IMG/VR virus record: IMGVR_UViG_3300002219_000010
Location: 2,837-66,836 of that record
Source of the DNA: a virus
Length of the DNA: 64,000 bases
Reading direction: 5' to 3' (one strand)
The notes beneath the pieces are model-generated. The model was given only the letters and a program-made list of their open reading frames with translations, did not search any database and was not told where the DNA came from. The position numbers were made by a program, and so were the translations under genes. Numbering within the stretch: position 1 is the stretch's first letter; each line of letters starts with the position of its first letter. Positions 9,560 to 18,704 of the stretch are shown here, one piece after another.

Positions 9560-9771
9560 TTTCAGAGGTAATTAATGGGGTTCTTGTGTTTGGACCTGAT
9601 GATATGACAGAGGAAGAGTATCTGGCTTGGAGAACGAAGATGGTTGCTGAGACTGATTTGTATTGGGAGGAGTTGAGGATGAAGTATAGAAATGGTGGCA
9701 ACGAACGTCGAATAATGAACAAAGTGCGCGACTGGTTGCGATTTATGAGAAATCGATTACGGTGGATATGA
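9556..9771 (+). CDS. Hypothetical protein
   Basis: GTGA overlap with the previous gene; last gene before a T-rich terminator-like tract. Confidence 0.45.
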   Translation: MISEVINGVLVFGPDDMTEEEYLAWRTKMVAETDLYWEELRMKYRNGGNERRIMNKVRDWLRFMRNRLRWI

Positions 9772-9779
9772 TGTCAACG

Positions 9780-10980
9780 GATATTTATTTTTTAAAATCG
9801 ATATCTGCTAAAATTTTTGAAATTTTTCGAAAATAATCCAATTTTCTATTATAGGGTCGAGGCTATGTAGATATTATTTGTAGTGGTGTTGATGGGGTTA
9901 GATTGTATTATGTGGGTTGTGGGTTCTGGTTGTTGTGGTGCATGGCGCTATGCTATTTGGTTTAGGGTTGGGTTGTGGTTTGGTTATGTTGGTGCATGTG
10001 ATTCTGATACAATCTTTTTTCCCAACCGGAAAGTGACGTAGGAGCTTTCTGGTCCCTCCCCTCAATCCCCTCCACGGGAGGGGAAGGGTGCGCTAATGCG
10101 CACCAGTTCGGTCCTCTCTGTCTATTATTGTATATGTCTGGACATCATTGTACTAAAGTGTACACTCCATAAAATCCACGGGCATCAATGCTCGAAAATG
10201 CACACTGGTGCTCTCGCGGATGCGGCAATGTATAGATTCGGCCACTAGTGATGATATGGGGGTCATATGACCTTGATATGGGCGAACTGCTGGATATTGG
10301 GTCCGGTTTGTGCGTGCCGGGACATGGGTCATCCGCCATGTCCAGATATGTCCATCAGGCTGCACATATAACTCAAGACGGCTAGATATGTCCATTGTCG
10401 GACTAATGGAGACATGGATATCTTGGGCAGGATCTAGAGCCATATGCGGCAATGTGCATATATGGGCATTCTTCGATATCTGCCTACTCCATTCCCGGCC
10501 AATGGACATGTATGTACATCGATCATCCCGGCTCTGCATCAATGCGCATTCATGTACATTGGCATTCGGCAACCGCCCTTATCGCTTTATATCAGGATAT
10601 CCCCTATAATAGTAAATTGAATTAATTTAATTTTAAAAATTTTCGTTTCATCTTTTTCATTTTTATTAATTTTCGAATATATCACACATATCCCACATAT
10701 ATCCCATATATCGCTATCAGTAGCCATCATCGACCGCATATATCCCATATAATCGATAACAGGCGGCAATATCTCCCCTATATATAGATATACGCGTGCG
10801 TACATGATATATACAGCCGCCAGTTGCCGATTTTTCCGCCTTTCGTCACCATCCCGCCACATTAAACCGATATCAAGCGACATTATCGCGGAAATCGACC
10901 ACCCCAACCATCCTTTCCAATGTACAAATATGTACATCAACGTACAAGATATCACCATATCGATCACAGTAGGGCATAGT
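9780..10980. other. Non-coding, compositionally skewed region with hairpins and palindromic words (possible genome terminus or second origin)
   Basis: AT blocks 9781-9852 and 10605-10680; GT-rich 9853-10000; hairpin TCCCCTCC-ACG-GGAGGGGA; palindrome GGTCATATGACC; CA-rich after 10680. Confidence 0.5.
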
Positions 10981-10984
10981 TGTT

Positions 10985-11010
10985 CAGCAAGGCTTATATG
11001 CTCAAGCCCT
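10985..11010 (+). promoter_or_regulatory. BRE/TATA promoter overlapped by an inverted repeat
   Basis: CAGCAAGG-C-TTATAT (10994-10999) lies inside GGCTT...AAGCC; predicted start ~11022-11025. Confidence 0.5.
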
Positions 11011-11021
11011 AAGATAGGTAT

Positions 11022-12016
11022 TGTGCGAGGGCGGGAAACCTCCCAAACACCCAAACCCCAAAACCGGCATAGAGCAGGCAGGCCAAAACCGGCGATCTCT
11101 CCGAAGTCCGGGGAAATGAGATCTACATTGCTGGGCGGTGCAGGTTTCAAATCAGAATCAAAATCATCATGTATAGGCATTGTGACCACAGAATAACCAA
11201 GAGGTGATTAAGAGCAACTTCGGAGCAGGAAATACGGATATGGGCAATAGATGGCATCCCAGTCCCGATTTTTCCATCAGCCTCCAAAAGCCAAAAGCAA
11301 TCAATCCGCGCAACAATGGTTAGCCGTCCTAGCCGCAAATCGGTATTCATTCCGTAGGCTGGGCTTAAAATCGAAGCGGAACTTCGATAAACGGCAATGG
11401 CTCCACCCAAAAGCCAGAAGCTCAAAGATCAGATCAACCCTTCGGAGTCAATCGGAGCAATGGATCAGTCCAGAGTGACGAGCCGAGGAAGGAAAAAATG
11501 ATCACGATTGCAGATTCCCCTTTGCAATGCCGTCGAAAAAGAAACCCCTTCCACCTAACCGATTGACCAAACTCTGATACGGCCAAATCTGATCGATTCA
11601 GAGGATTTGACTAGCCCTGATGCGGCGATTAGTGTAAGCCGGGTTTCGAGACGCCATCTCACCAAAAACCCAGCCGAGCCATAGGGTAATTGCCAAAGAT
11701 TCCCAAATGCCCTTACTTCTGATCTAGCTCGTATGCCCGAGTAGCCGACAGCGAAAGGGCCAGATACGAGCACCGGACCGATAACGACGATGAGCCCTTT
11801 GCACAGGGGAAGGCCAGGGCTCCGGCAAAGAAGCAGTGCAGGCATACTTCCGGTTCGATTCCGGACACTGCTATTGGCGGGATTGCTGAACTCCCTTCAC
11901 AACCCGTCAACAGTGGGCGACACTTTTTCCATTGGCCTCCTAACCTTTGGGTGCGTCCACTGACCCCTAATTACCCTGATGAGGCAATCGACTCAGATTC
12001 CTCCAGGAAAGTAATA
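11022..12016 (+). ncRNA. Large (~1 kb) structured non-coding RNA candidate or giant 5' leader
   Basis: No credible ORF; many nested helices including long-range 11426-33/11718-25 and 11447-55/11559-67; loop-E-type GAGUAGC..GCGAAA; tRNA-like T-arm. Confidence 0.65.
11832..11873 (+). ncRNA. Armless mini-tRNA-like element (acceptor stem plus T-arm only)
   Basis: AGCAGTG/CACTGCT 7 bp, TCCGG-TTCGATT-CCGGA T-arm, 10-nt linker containing GG; no anticodon or D arm. Confidence 0.7.
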
Positions 12017-12031
12017 AAGGAGTGATACCAA

Positions 12032-12448
12032 ATGAGCAAAATAAGCATACTTAGAAAAAAGGTAGTTGAAACTGTCGAAAAAATAGATGATGAGGCCATC
12101 TTAACCTCAATGCTGGTTTTTGCGAGCACCGCGACTCAGACCCCTGTCCAGATACCAGCCAAGACCAGAAAAACCAAGACCCCCAAGCCCGCCGCCGAGA
12201 AAACAAGCAGCAAATTGCTGATAGTTCGCTACGAGCACAAGGGAAAACCAATGGTTGCAGTGCAGACCGTGGGCGGCAAGCCTGATGAGGCCATTCTCAC
12301 CAAACTCAGAGCCCTCAAAGAGGAGAAAAAACTTCGCTTCTACGTAAACGCACCTCAAAACCCGTTACCAGGAAACAATCCTTTCTGGGCCGGACCCTAT
12401 GATGAGGCCATAGTTGAAGCATTCCCCAGCGCGAAGGTTGTGGCCTAA
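12032..12448 (+). CDS. Hypothetical basic protein, first gene of the early-like cluster
   Basis: AGGAGTGA SD; Lys/Pro-rich linker. Confidence 0.65.
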   Translation: MSKISILRKKVVETVEKIDDEAILTSMLVFASTATQTPVQIPAKTRKTKTPKPAAEKTSSKLLIVRYEHKGKPMVAVQTVGGKPDEAILTKLRALKEEKKLRFYVNAPQNPLPGNNPFWAGPYDEAIVEAFPSAKVVA

Positions 12449-12528
12449 ATGACCACAACAACTTGCGACGGAATCACCTATTACGAAGAATCGGGAGAGC
12501 TGATAGGCATCTCCGTGGAGGCAGAGGC

Positions 12529-12750
12529 ATGAAGCAGATTGCCGGGCCTCTCTTCCAGTTTGACCTTGGCGAAAAATATCCAGTCCAACATGGCCTAAAA
12601 AAAGTCAGAACCCTTGAAGAGCATGCCCTGCGCCTAAGTACCGGCAAATTTGCCCCTATCAAGCCCTGGGAAGCCACAGTATTGCTGGAGATGGCTGATA
12701 CGCCCGTATTTTATCAACTGGTAGATCATCTAGGAGGATTGTATGATTGA
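12529..12750 (+). CDS. Hypothetical protein
   Basis: GGAGG SD; ATGA coupling with a 27-aa upstream ORF. Confidence 0.5.
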   Translation: MKQIAGPLFQFDLGEKYPVQHGLKKVRTLEEHALRLSTGKFAPIKPWEATVLLEMADTPVFYQLVDHLGGLYD

Positions 12751-13159
12751 TAAGTTATTGCCTCACGGATATATTTTTAACTTTGGAAATAAGCGAATAT
12801 ATGATCCAAATGGGCTTATAGAGGAGCCATTGACTGATGAAGACATAACCAACCATAACAAGAAACTTGCTCAATTAGAAGTAGAAAACGCTCTGAAAAC
12901 AGGAAGAGCGGTATTCTATATAGGATATACCCAAAATCCAGATGATGCGTATCCTTGGATCAAACAATATCACGTAGGGACTTGGGACGGATCATATAGA
13001 TGGAATGCTTATGTGAAAACCTCATGGCACAACTTTGCCGGAAAAGATGGCCGAAGAGATTGCTGGTTTAGCATAAACGGCCAGAGATGGCATGGTGTTA
13101 ATATTGGAAACAGTGACATGGTGCACGCAAGACGTGTTAAGAACCGAGGCGATTGCTGA
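12743..13159 (+). CDS. Hypothetical phage-like protein
   Basis: AGGAGG SD; VGTWDG...WHG motifs. Confidence 0.65.
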   Translation: MIDKLLPHGYIFNFGNKRIYDPNGLIEEPLTDEDITNHNKKLAQLEVENALKTGRAVFYIGYTQNPDDAYPWIKQYHVGTWDGSYRWNAYVKTSWHNFAGKDGRRDCWFSINGQRWHGVNIGNSDMVHARRVKNRGDC

Positions 13160-13392
13160 TGAAAGTAAAAGACATCCCAGGAGATGCGATGTTCATCTCG
13201 GACAGCCAAGACGTATCCCAAATTCTGGCCGATTTTGGAATTGTTGATGACGACATTGGAGGCGTTTTCATAACAAAGGATGGAAAAGTCTACGGAATTT
13301 CAGGATCAGTAGCGTATCTTGAATATCATGTCTTTTATATCGGGCAAGATGCTAATTATGCATCCGATGAACAACTTGAAAACAGAATCTAG
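13153..13392 (+). CDS. Hypothetical protein
   Basis: Coupled ORF in the cluster. Confidence 0.55.
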   Translation: MLMKVKDIPGDAMFISDSQDVSQILADFGIVDDDIGGVFITKDGKVYGISGSVAYLEYHVFYIGQDANYASDEQLENRI

Positions 13393-13408
13393 AATTTCGG
13401 TGATTTTC

Positions 13409-13657
13409 ATGATACCAAAAACCAATAAATCGATAATGTGGAAACACGTAGGAGTAGAGGGAAAAAACGTGGACCTGGTAATAAAAAACGTATCCCCAGA
13501 AATAGCACTGCCTGAAATGGAAGTGATACCAAACATACATATCTTTTCGGCAATGTCGAAATGGACACAAGGAGTAGTAAGATTTGAATCAACCGAAGAA
13601 GCCATGAAAGCGGCCAGACAACTGGTCGCAAATGGCTGGAATTGGGAATGGGATTAA
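13409..13657 (+). CDS. Hypothetical protein
   Basis: GGTGA SD before ATG 13409. Confidence 0.5.
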   Translation: MIPKTNKSIMWKHVGVEGKNVDLVIKNVSPEIALPEMEVIPNIHIFSAMSKWTQGVVRFESTEEAMKAARQLVANGWNWEWD

Positions 13658-13878
13658 AATGATTACAGATGAGGCCAATAAACCCCATTTTATAGCAATG
13701 TCCGGAAGCTATGCCATTCTGGATGAGCACCTTAAGCAGGCATGGATCGAGGCAGCTAGGCAGGAGGTGGCCTAGATGACCGACATGAGCGATCTTATAG
13801 ACCAATTTGTGGAGGACTGTATTGAGCGAAGAGAAGCAAGAGAGCAATCCAAGGACAGCGCGGAGGAGGTGGCCTGAG

Positions 13879-14124
13879 ATGGATGAGGACAAACGGATAA
13901 AAGCGATATCGAGATATGCAAATATGTTGACATATTCGACAGATATACTACTTGTGGCCTTTAAAGACGATGCGGATATGACGGGAGAACTGACAGAAGT
14001 CGTAGACCGTTTATGCGAGATATTGGGTCTACTGGGAATAGGAAACATGGACGAAGCTGAAAGGCTGAATATAGAACTGGTGAAAAAGATAAAAAACCAT
14101 GTCGACTGCCAATCGACAACATGA
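13879..14124 (+). CDS. Hypothetical protein
   Basis: GGAGGTG SD before ATG 13879. Confidence 0.55.
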   Translation: MDEDKRIKAISRYANMLTYSTDILLVAFKDDADMTGELTEVVDRLCEILGLLGIGNMDEAERLNIELVKKIKNHVDCQSTT

Positions 14125-14139
14125 GGGAGGAACAACGAT

Positions 14140-14412
14140 ATGGAAAATACTGAAACAATCGAAGAGACCAACGCACAGCCAACAACCAAAATCGTCTACA
14201 GGGATATCAAAAATCCAGGAACCGCCGCCGTATTAAGCGCCCTGTGCACTGGCCTGGGCCAAATCTACAACGGCCAAATCGGAAAAGGTGTGGGCCTGAT
14301 GGTGATTCAGGCAATAAACGTATTGCTGATGTTCGTCGTAATCGGACTGATTACCTTCCCGCTGGTCTGGTTATATGGAATATACGATGCATATCATTAT
14401 CAGAAACAGTGA
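14140..14412 (+). CDS. TM2-domain-like small membrane protein
   Basis: KNPGTAAVLS....GLGQIYNGQIGKG followed by hydrophobic helices and YDAY. Confidence 0.8.
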   Translation: MENTETIEETNAQPTTKIVYRDIKNPGTAAVLSALCTGLGQIYNGQIGKGVGLMVIQAINVLLMFVVIGLITFPLVWLYGIYDAYHYQKQ

Positions 14413-14632
14413 AGGAGAATCAAACGGGGTGTGACTCATGAATGATGAGAACTTTCTTGCGCAGAAAGAGGCTAGAGAAAGCGTATCAGACCCATGTGAT
14501 AACTGCAAATTGAAGGAGTGCACTTTGTCAAAAATAGAAAACATGGTATATGAAGCCGAAAACCGTAAATATTTGGTCTAAACGTTGCTGGAAAATCCAG
14601 TATGCGTTGAAATAAGAATCAGGTGATAAAAA

Positions 14633-15088
14633 ATGCCATACTACGTAAACTGCCAACATCAGTTCTATTCTGGTAGATATATAGTGGAAATAGCATATCC
14701 AGGAATCGATTATGCCGGTTCGGATATGCTCGCCACGGATTATCCAGGTGAAGGAGAATACGACGACCCAAGAGAAGCCTTGGACGCAGCGATCAAGGTC
14801 AGAGAGGCATTGCAGGCCGATCACCCTGATGAGGAAATAGGGATTGCGTTTGGCCATTTTGAAATGGTTGAAGGTGAACCACAGGATCTAGAAGAATTGA
14901 AAAAAGAAATCATGGAACATTATGCATCATTGCCAAAGTGCGACAGATGTGGAAAACTAAGAGATGACAAAGAATTTTTCGTGATATACGGAGATCCTGA
15001 TTACGGAAAATTCTGTTCAGAATTCTGCGCAGAAGAAGCATTTACTGAGAACGAAGAACCAATGGAGGAGTCAACTACCCGCGACTGA
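14633..15088 (+). CDS. Hypothetical protein with a C-terminal Zn finger; 3' end altered by a mini-IS insertion
   Basis: CDRC...FCSEFC; removing 15070-15126 gives the C-terminus EEPMEE*. Confidence 0.65.
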   Translation: MPYYVNCQHQFYSGRYIVEIAYPGIDYAGSDMLATDYPGEGEYDDPREALDAAIKVREALQADHPDEEIGIAFGHFEMVEGEPQDLEELKKEIMEHYASLPKCDRCGKLRDDKEFFVIYGDPDYGKFCSEFCAEEAFTENEEPMEESTTRD

Positions 15089-15126
15089 AGTCGCGAGTAT
15101 CCGCTGCCCCTGCACCCGAGGTTTTC
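15070..15126 (+). mobile_element. 57-bp miniature IS200/IS605 (IsrB-type) element or collapsed scar
   Basis: Starts GTCAACTACCC, hairpin CGCGACT-GA-AGTCGCG, ends CGAGGTTTTC followed by ATGA, mirroring the two ends of the IsrB element at 59618-60910. Confidence 0.75.
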
Positions 15127-15142
15127 ATGAAGGAGAATCGAA

Positions 15143-15412
15143 ATGATCTTTAAAGTTTACAAAGACGGAGAAGATACCGGCGTCTACATTGCCAATAAAA
15201 ACAACGAAACCGCAATACGAGACTTAGACCGACACATATCGAAACTGGGAACAGATGAGTGGGAAAACGACTATAGATCAATCATATCAGAAATCAAATC
15301 AACACTAACCGGCATGGTTATCATCGAACTGAGAATGGAACACTTCGACATGCAAGAATCCGATGAAGTACAAGAGATTCACATATGGGAACTAGTGGAA
15401 GAAACGAAATAG
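15143..15412 (+). CDS. Hypothetical protein
   Basis: AGGAGA SD. Confidence 0.6.
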   Translation: MIFKVYKDGEDTGVYIANKNNETAIRDLDRHISKLGTDEWENDYRSIISEIKSTLTGMVIIELRMEHFDMQESDEVQEIHIWELVEETK

Positions 15413-15468
15413 CCGCCATGGATTACCCCGGTTCGACTACGGGAGCGGCAATCAGGAGGTATCTTGTG

Positions 15469-15876
15469 ATGATGACGATTGAAGAGTTCATTGAAATGCA
15501 TGGAATAAAAATGAAGGAATGCAACAAAATACATCAAAGCCCATATATGACAGATTTCAAAGGAGATCATTGGGAAATTGTGCTGCACATGCCGGGAAAA
15601 GGAATAAACGAGTTTGTGACATACTTTTCAAAAGGGATTGGTCACAAAGGAAAGAGACCAACAGTATCCGAAGTTCTAGACTGCATTGCATCAGATGCAT
15701 CAGGATACGAAAATTCGAATAGTTTCGAAGACTGGGCCAACGATTATGGATATGATATTGATTTAAGAAGAGCAGAGACAATATATCACAATGTGAAAGC
15801 TGTGTCTTTGAACCTGAAAAATTTCTTGGGAAAAGAAGCTTACGAAACCTTGCTATGGGAAACGGAGAAAATCTAA
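15469..15876 (+). CDS. Hypothetical phage-like protein
   Basis: AGGAGGT SD; VLDCIASDA...SFEDWA..YGYD motif recalls phage proteins. Confidence 0.65.
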   Translation: MMTIEEFIEMHGIKMKECNKIHQSPYMTDFKGDHWEIVLHMPGKGINEFVTYFSKGIGHKGKRPTVSEVLDCIASDASGYENSNSFEDWANDYGYDIDLRRAETIYHNVKAVSLNLKNFLGKEAYETLLWETEKI

Positions 15877-15968
15877 AAAAGGATTCCGCAACCCTAGAGG
15901 CACAGAACACCCGATTGACAGAAAGATCGAAAAAGCGATACAACAACACGATAAATGAGGTGACGGCC

Positions 15969-16469
15969 ATGGAAAAGGAGGCAAAATTGCGTATAGTTGA
16001 TACATTCTTAAAATACGAAATTGATGATGACAGTTACATGTTAAACGACTACGGAAAGTTGTCAGATCACTGGGAAACAAATGCATTAAAACTTGGTCAA
16101 CATTGGTTAATACCAATTCAAAAATGGCACGATCTAAAGGGAAAAGAACGTCGAGACGCATACCGATACGCAAACGAAGACAAAAAACGCGTCGAAGATT
16201 GGCTAGACAATAAATGGTACTACGTGAGAGCCATCATAAAAATTGACTTGGAAATACGGATAAACAAAGAACCCTTAAGCACCTCAATATATGAATCAGT
16301 GTGGGGAATCGAGAGTGATGATCCAGACATAGGCTGGTATCACAGAAATCTACTGAACGAAACCCGCAAAAGATTATCCAACATCGGATTCAGCATGCTG
16401 GAACTGGATACAGCATTCGAAAAGTATGCAAAGCTATCAGACAAAGAATTGCAATGGGAGGTAACATGA
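15969..16469 (+). CDS. Hypothetical protein
   Basis: GAGGTGA SD; W.Y....SVWGIES motif. Confidence 0.6.
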   Translation: MEKEAKLRIVDTFLKYEIDDDSYMLNDYGKLSDHWETNALKLGQHWLIPIQKWHDLKGKERRDAYRYANEDKKRVEDWLDNKWYYVRAIIKIDLEIRINKEPLSTSIYESVWGIESDDPDIGWYHRNLLNETRKRLSNIGFSMLELDTAFEKYAKLSDKELQWEVT

Positions 16470-17260
16470 TCCCAAACACAGATCCGAAAACAGGTATCAG
16501 ATACGGGGTGATACCATTACACGATCTAGACCCCTGGTTCGCATACGAAGAATTTTATGATAACTCGGAAAACCTTGCAATAAAAGAAATCGAGCTTGAA
16601 ATTGACGAATTGTTCGAACCAATAAAAGAGTTCGCAAAAGAACGAGAGTTAGACAAAGAAACAGACATTGAGGAGCTAAAAAACGCGATCAAGGAAGATG
16701 TATTTGAAAATTGGGATGAAAGCGAGGATTCGCTATTATACGAACACGATGGATACAAAATACAATTAATCGACCGTGACCTATTCATTGCCGAATCTCC
16801 ATATGTTACTCTCGGACCCCTTTGTTCACCATGCGCGCCAGGAGCAGTTTATTTACCAAGTGCTGATGGTAAGCACGGACATATAGCTTATTGCCTGCCA
16901 GACGATTTTTTCGAGGATGGTAAGGCCCCGTATGAGTATATAACCATCGAAGAAGGATATAACAAACTGTGGAAACAGCTTTATCCCGAGGATAACATGC
17001 CATCACTGATTGCCGATATGAATGAACTGATACGTTTCCTAGACAAAAAGGAAACAGAGGAAACCGATCTAGACGTTTTACACTGGATCAGAAACTTGAG
17101 AACAAACGTCGTGCTTCTGATTAAATCGGCAGCAACTGATCCAAACGGTGACAAGGTAAAATTTTATCTGACTTCTGTAAGATTGCAGATAGGCATGGTC
17201 AACGAAATGAAGAGGAGAGAAGAAGATGAACAGAAGATATTTTCGGATAACCAGAATTGA
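16466..17260 (+). CDS. Hypothetical protein
   Basis: GGAGGT SD; TGIRYGVI and CSPCAPGA motifs. Confidence 0.65.
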   Translation: MIPNTDPKTGIRYGVIPLHDLDPWFAYEEFYDNSENLAIKEIELEIDELFEPIKEFAKERELDKETDIEELKNAIKEDVFENWDESEDSLLYEHDGYKIQLIDRDLFIAESPYVTLGPLCSPCAPGAVYLPSADGKHGHIAYCLPDDFFEDGKAPYEYITIEEGYNKLWKQLYPEDNMPSLIADMNELIRFLDKKETEETDLDVLHWIRNLRTNVVLLIKSAATDPNGDKVKFYLTSVRLQIGMVNEMKRREEDEQKIFSDNQN

Positions 17261-17592
17261 TAACAGCATATGTCTTTCGATAATGACACGGGAATCCAAC
17301 CGAATATCAAGTACAGTATGCGCATCAATCTACATGTCAGACGACCGCGCAACACGATTCGCAATAGACCTACTTGACATCATAAATAAAAAGAAGCTGG
17401 AACGTGTTGAAAAGAGCAAATGATAAAAGCTCTGAGCAATCAGGAGGTCAAATATGATAACTTTTGACGAAGACGAGTTGGTAAGTATGATGGTTGCAGT
17501 ACATAAACTATCTCACAAAGTCGAGTCAACAGTAACGACAGAATGGATTAATATGGTCATCTGCCATGCAAAAGTATTGGAGTACTGGTAAC

Positions 17593-18036
17593 ATGCACAC
17601 AATACGTTTATTGATATTGGTTTGCCTGATTCCAACCTCGATGGCCGGCAATCTTGAGGAAATTGAAGAGCTGGTCAACTCTCATCATTTTGCCCAGCCC
17701 TGGGAAGAGGATGTTTTCGACTGTGCAGACATGGCCTCTGCCAATTGGCAGTTCTTCAAGGACCACGGATATAACCCTAAGATAGTGGTTCGAACTGATC
17801 CCGGCCCTGGAGATCATTGCTACATAATAATTCCAGTTGGAGAAGGATTGCTGGTGGGACTGGACACCTCGATAAGAATGGGGGCCAACCTTTCCAAGAA
17901 TCTAGGGGCGATCAAAACGAATTTCGTATTCTACAGGTCATTTGACAACCCTGGGGAACTGGCACAAACAGATAGAAGCATTGCTGAGAATCGCAGGGGT
18001 CCATACCGGTTTCAAGGTGTTATCAATGAAAATTAG
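17593..18036 (+). CDS. Secreted papain/transglutaminase-like Cys-protease-fold protein
   Basis: Hydrophobic signal-like N-terminus; FDCADMA (Cys), DHCYI (His), GLDT (Asp). Confidence 0.5.
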   Translation: MHTIRLLILVCLIPTSMAGNLEEIEELVNSHHFAQPWEEDVFDCADMASANWQFFKDHGYNPKIVVRTDPGPGDHCYIIIPVGEGLLVGLDTSIRMGANLSKNLGAIKTNFVFYRSFDNPGELAQTDRSIAENRRGPYRFQGVINEN

Positions 18037-18286
18037 AAAAGTTCCGCCAGGAAACGCAAATTGGTATCATGGGGCCAAGTTTGATGTTGCGTTTGGGGAT
18101 GTTTATACCCTGAATGCAATGGGGGACCGAACAAAAATCGACGTATTTATCAGGAACCGAACGAGCGGAGAGATCCAATACCGGGTAGGCAATGGCCGAC
18201 AAATCGGCAACTTTCACCCGGTCTGGATCAGCTGGAACGGAGAAAAAGTAACGGTTGAAGAGATGTTGCGAGCCCAATGCCCATGA
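18026..18286 (+). CDS. Hypothetical protein
   Basis: Coupled ORF. Confidence 0.5.
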   Translation: MKIRKVPPGNANWYHGAKFDVAFGDVYTLNAMGDRTKIDVFIRNRTSGEIQYRVGNGRQIGNFHPVWISWNGEKVTVEEMLRAQCP

Positions 18287-18464
18287 GATGCGTGCGGTTT
18301 ACAGTTTCATTTGATCTGGATTACGTTGATGAGCGCACCGGGAGCAAAACAGCCAGGTTGCTCGGGCAACATTCCAATGACAAAGAGTTTATTCTGCAAT
18401 TTTTGCGACAGGTTCCATCTAGAGTGAGTGTTGCAGAATGGGTAAAAGAATTGGAGGAGCGAGC

Positions 18465-18686
18465 ATGAAGGTAATGGATGTTGAAAATCAGGTATCACAC
18501 ATAATCAGCAATCCTGGAGGATTTTGCAGGGGGCACATTGCGGAACCAACACAGGATACCATCAAAACGATTATGAGGATTCTACGAACCACTGGAAAGA
18601 ATCCAAACAACCGGTTCTTTAGCGACGAATACGAGGAAAAATTGAGAGCGGCACTAAAGAATGTAATAAAAAGCATATGCGAATAA
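18465..18686 (+). CDS. Hypothetical protein
   Basis: GGAGG SD, ATGA overlap. Confidence 0.5.
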   Translation: MKVMDVENQVSHIISNPGGFCRGHIAEPTQDTIKTIMRILRTTGKNPNNRFFSDEYEEKLRAALKNVIKSICE

Positions 18687-18704
18687 GAAAGGAGATAGAT
18701 AAAA

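Noticed and set aside
10140..10980. CRISPR array or Borg-type tandem repeats
   Set aside because: Repeats are short (14 nt or less), imperfect and irregularly spaced; no cas genes
10965..11015. Pistol ribozyme-like TAGGGC/GCCCTAAG
   Set aside because: P1 and the conserved linker are missing; better explained as a promoter with an inverted repeat
11023..11830. Group II intron (GTGCG at 11023; GAGCC hairpin at 11792)
   Set aside because: The hairpin lacks domain V geometry (AC bulge, GNRA loop, G-U at the triad); no domain VI, no RT/maturase and no interrupted gene
11832..11873. Canonical tRNA gene
   Set aside because: No D or anticodon arm, and no matching half or bulge-helix-bulge motif seen; reported as tRNA-like only
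10145..11910. ORF-track calls in the non-coding block (e.g. 10153-10572, 10587-11189, 10804-11196, 11251-11478)
   Set aside because: No SD, atypical composition, mutually overlapping on both strands; the base-pairing pattern explains the sequence better
11970..12015. Hammerhead ribozyme (CTGATGA...GAAA)
   Set aside because: No stem I or NUH cleavage triplet; it folds better as a simple long hairpin
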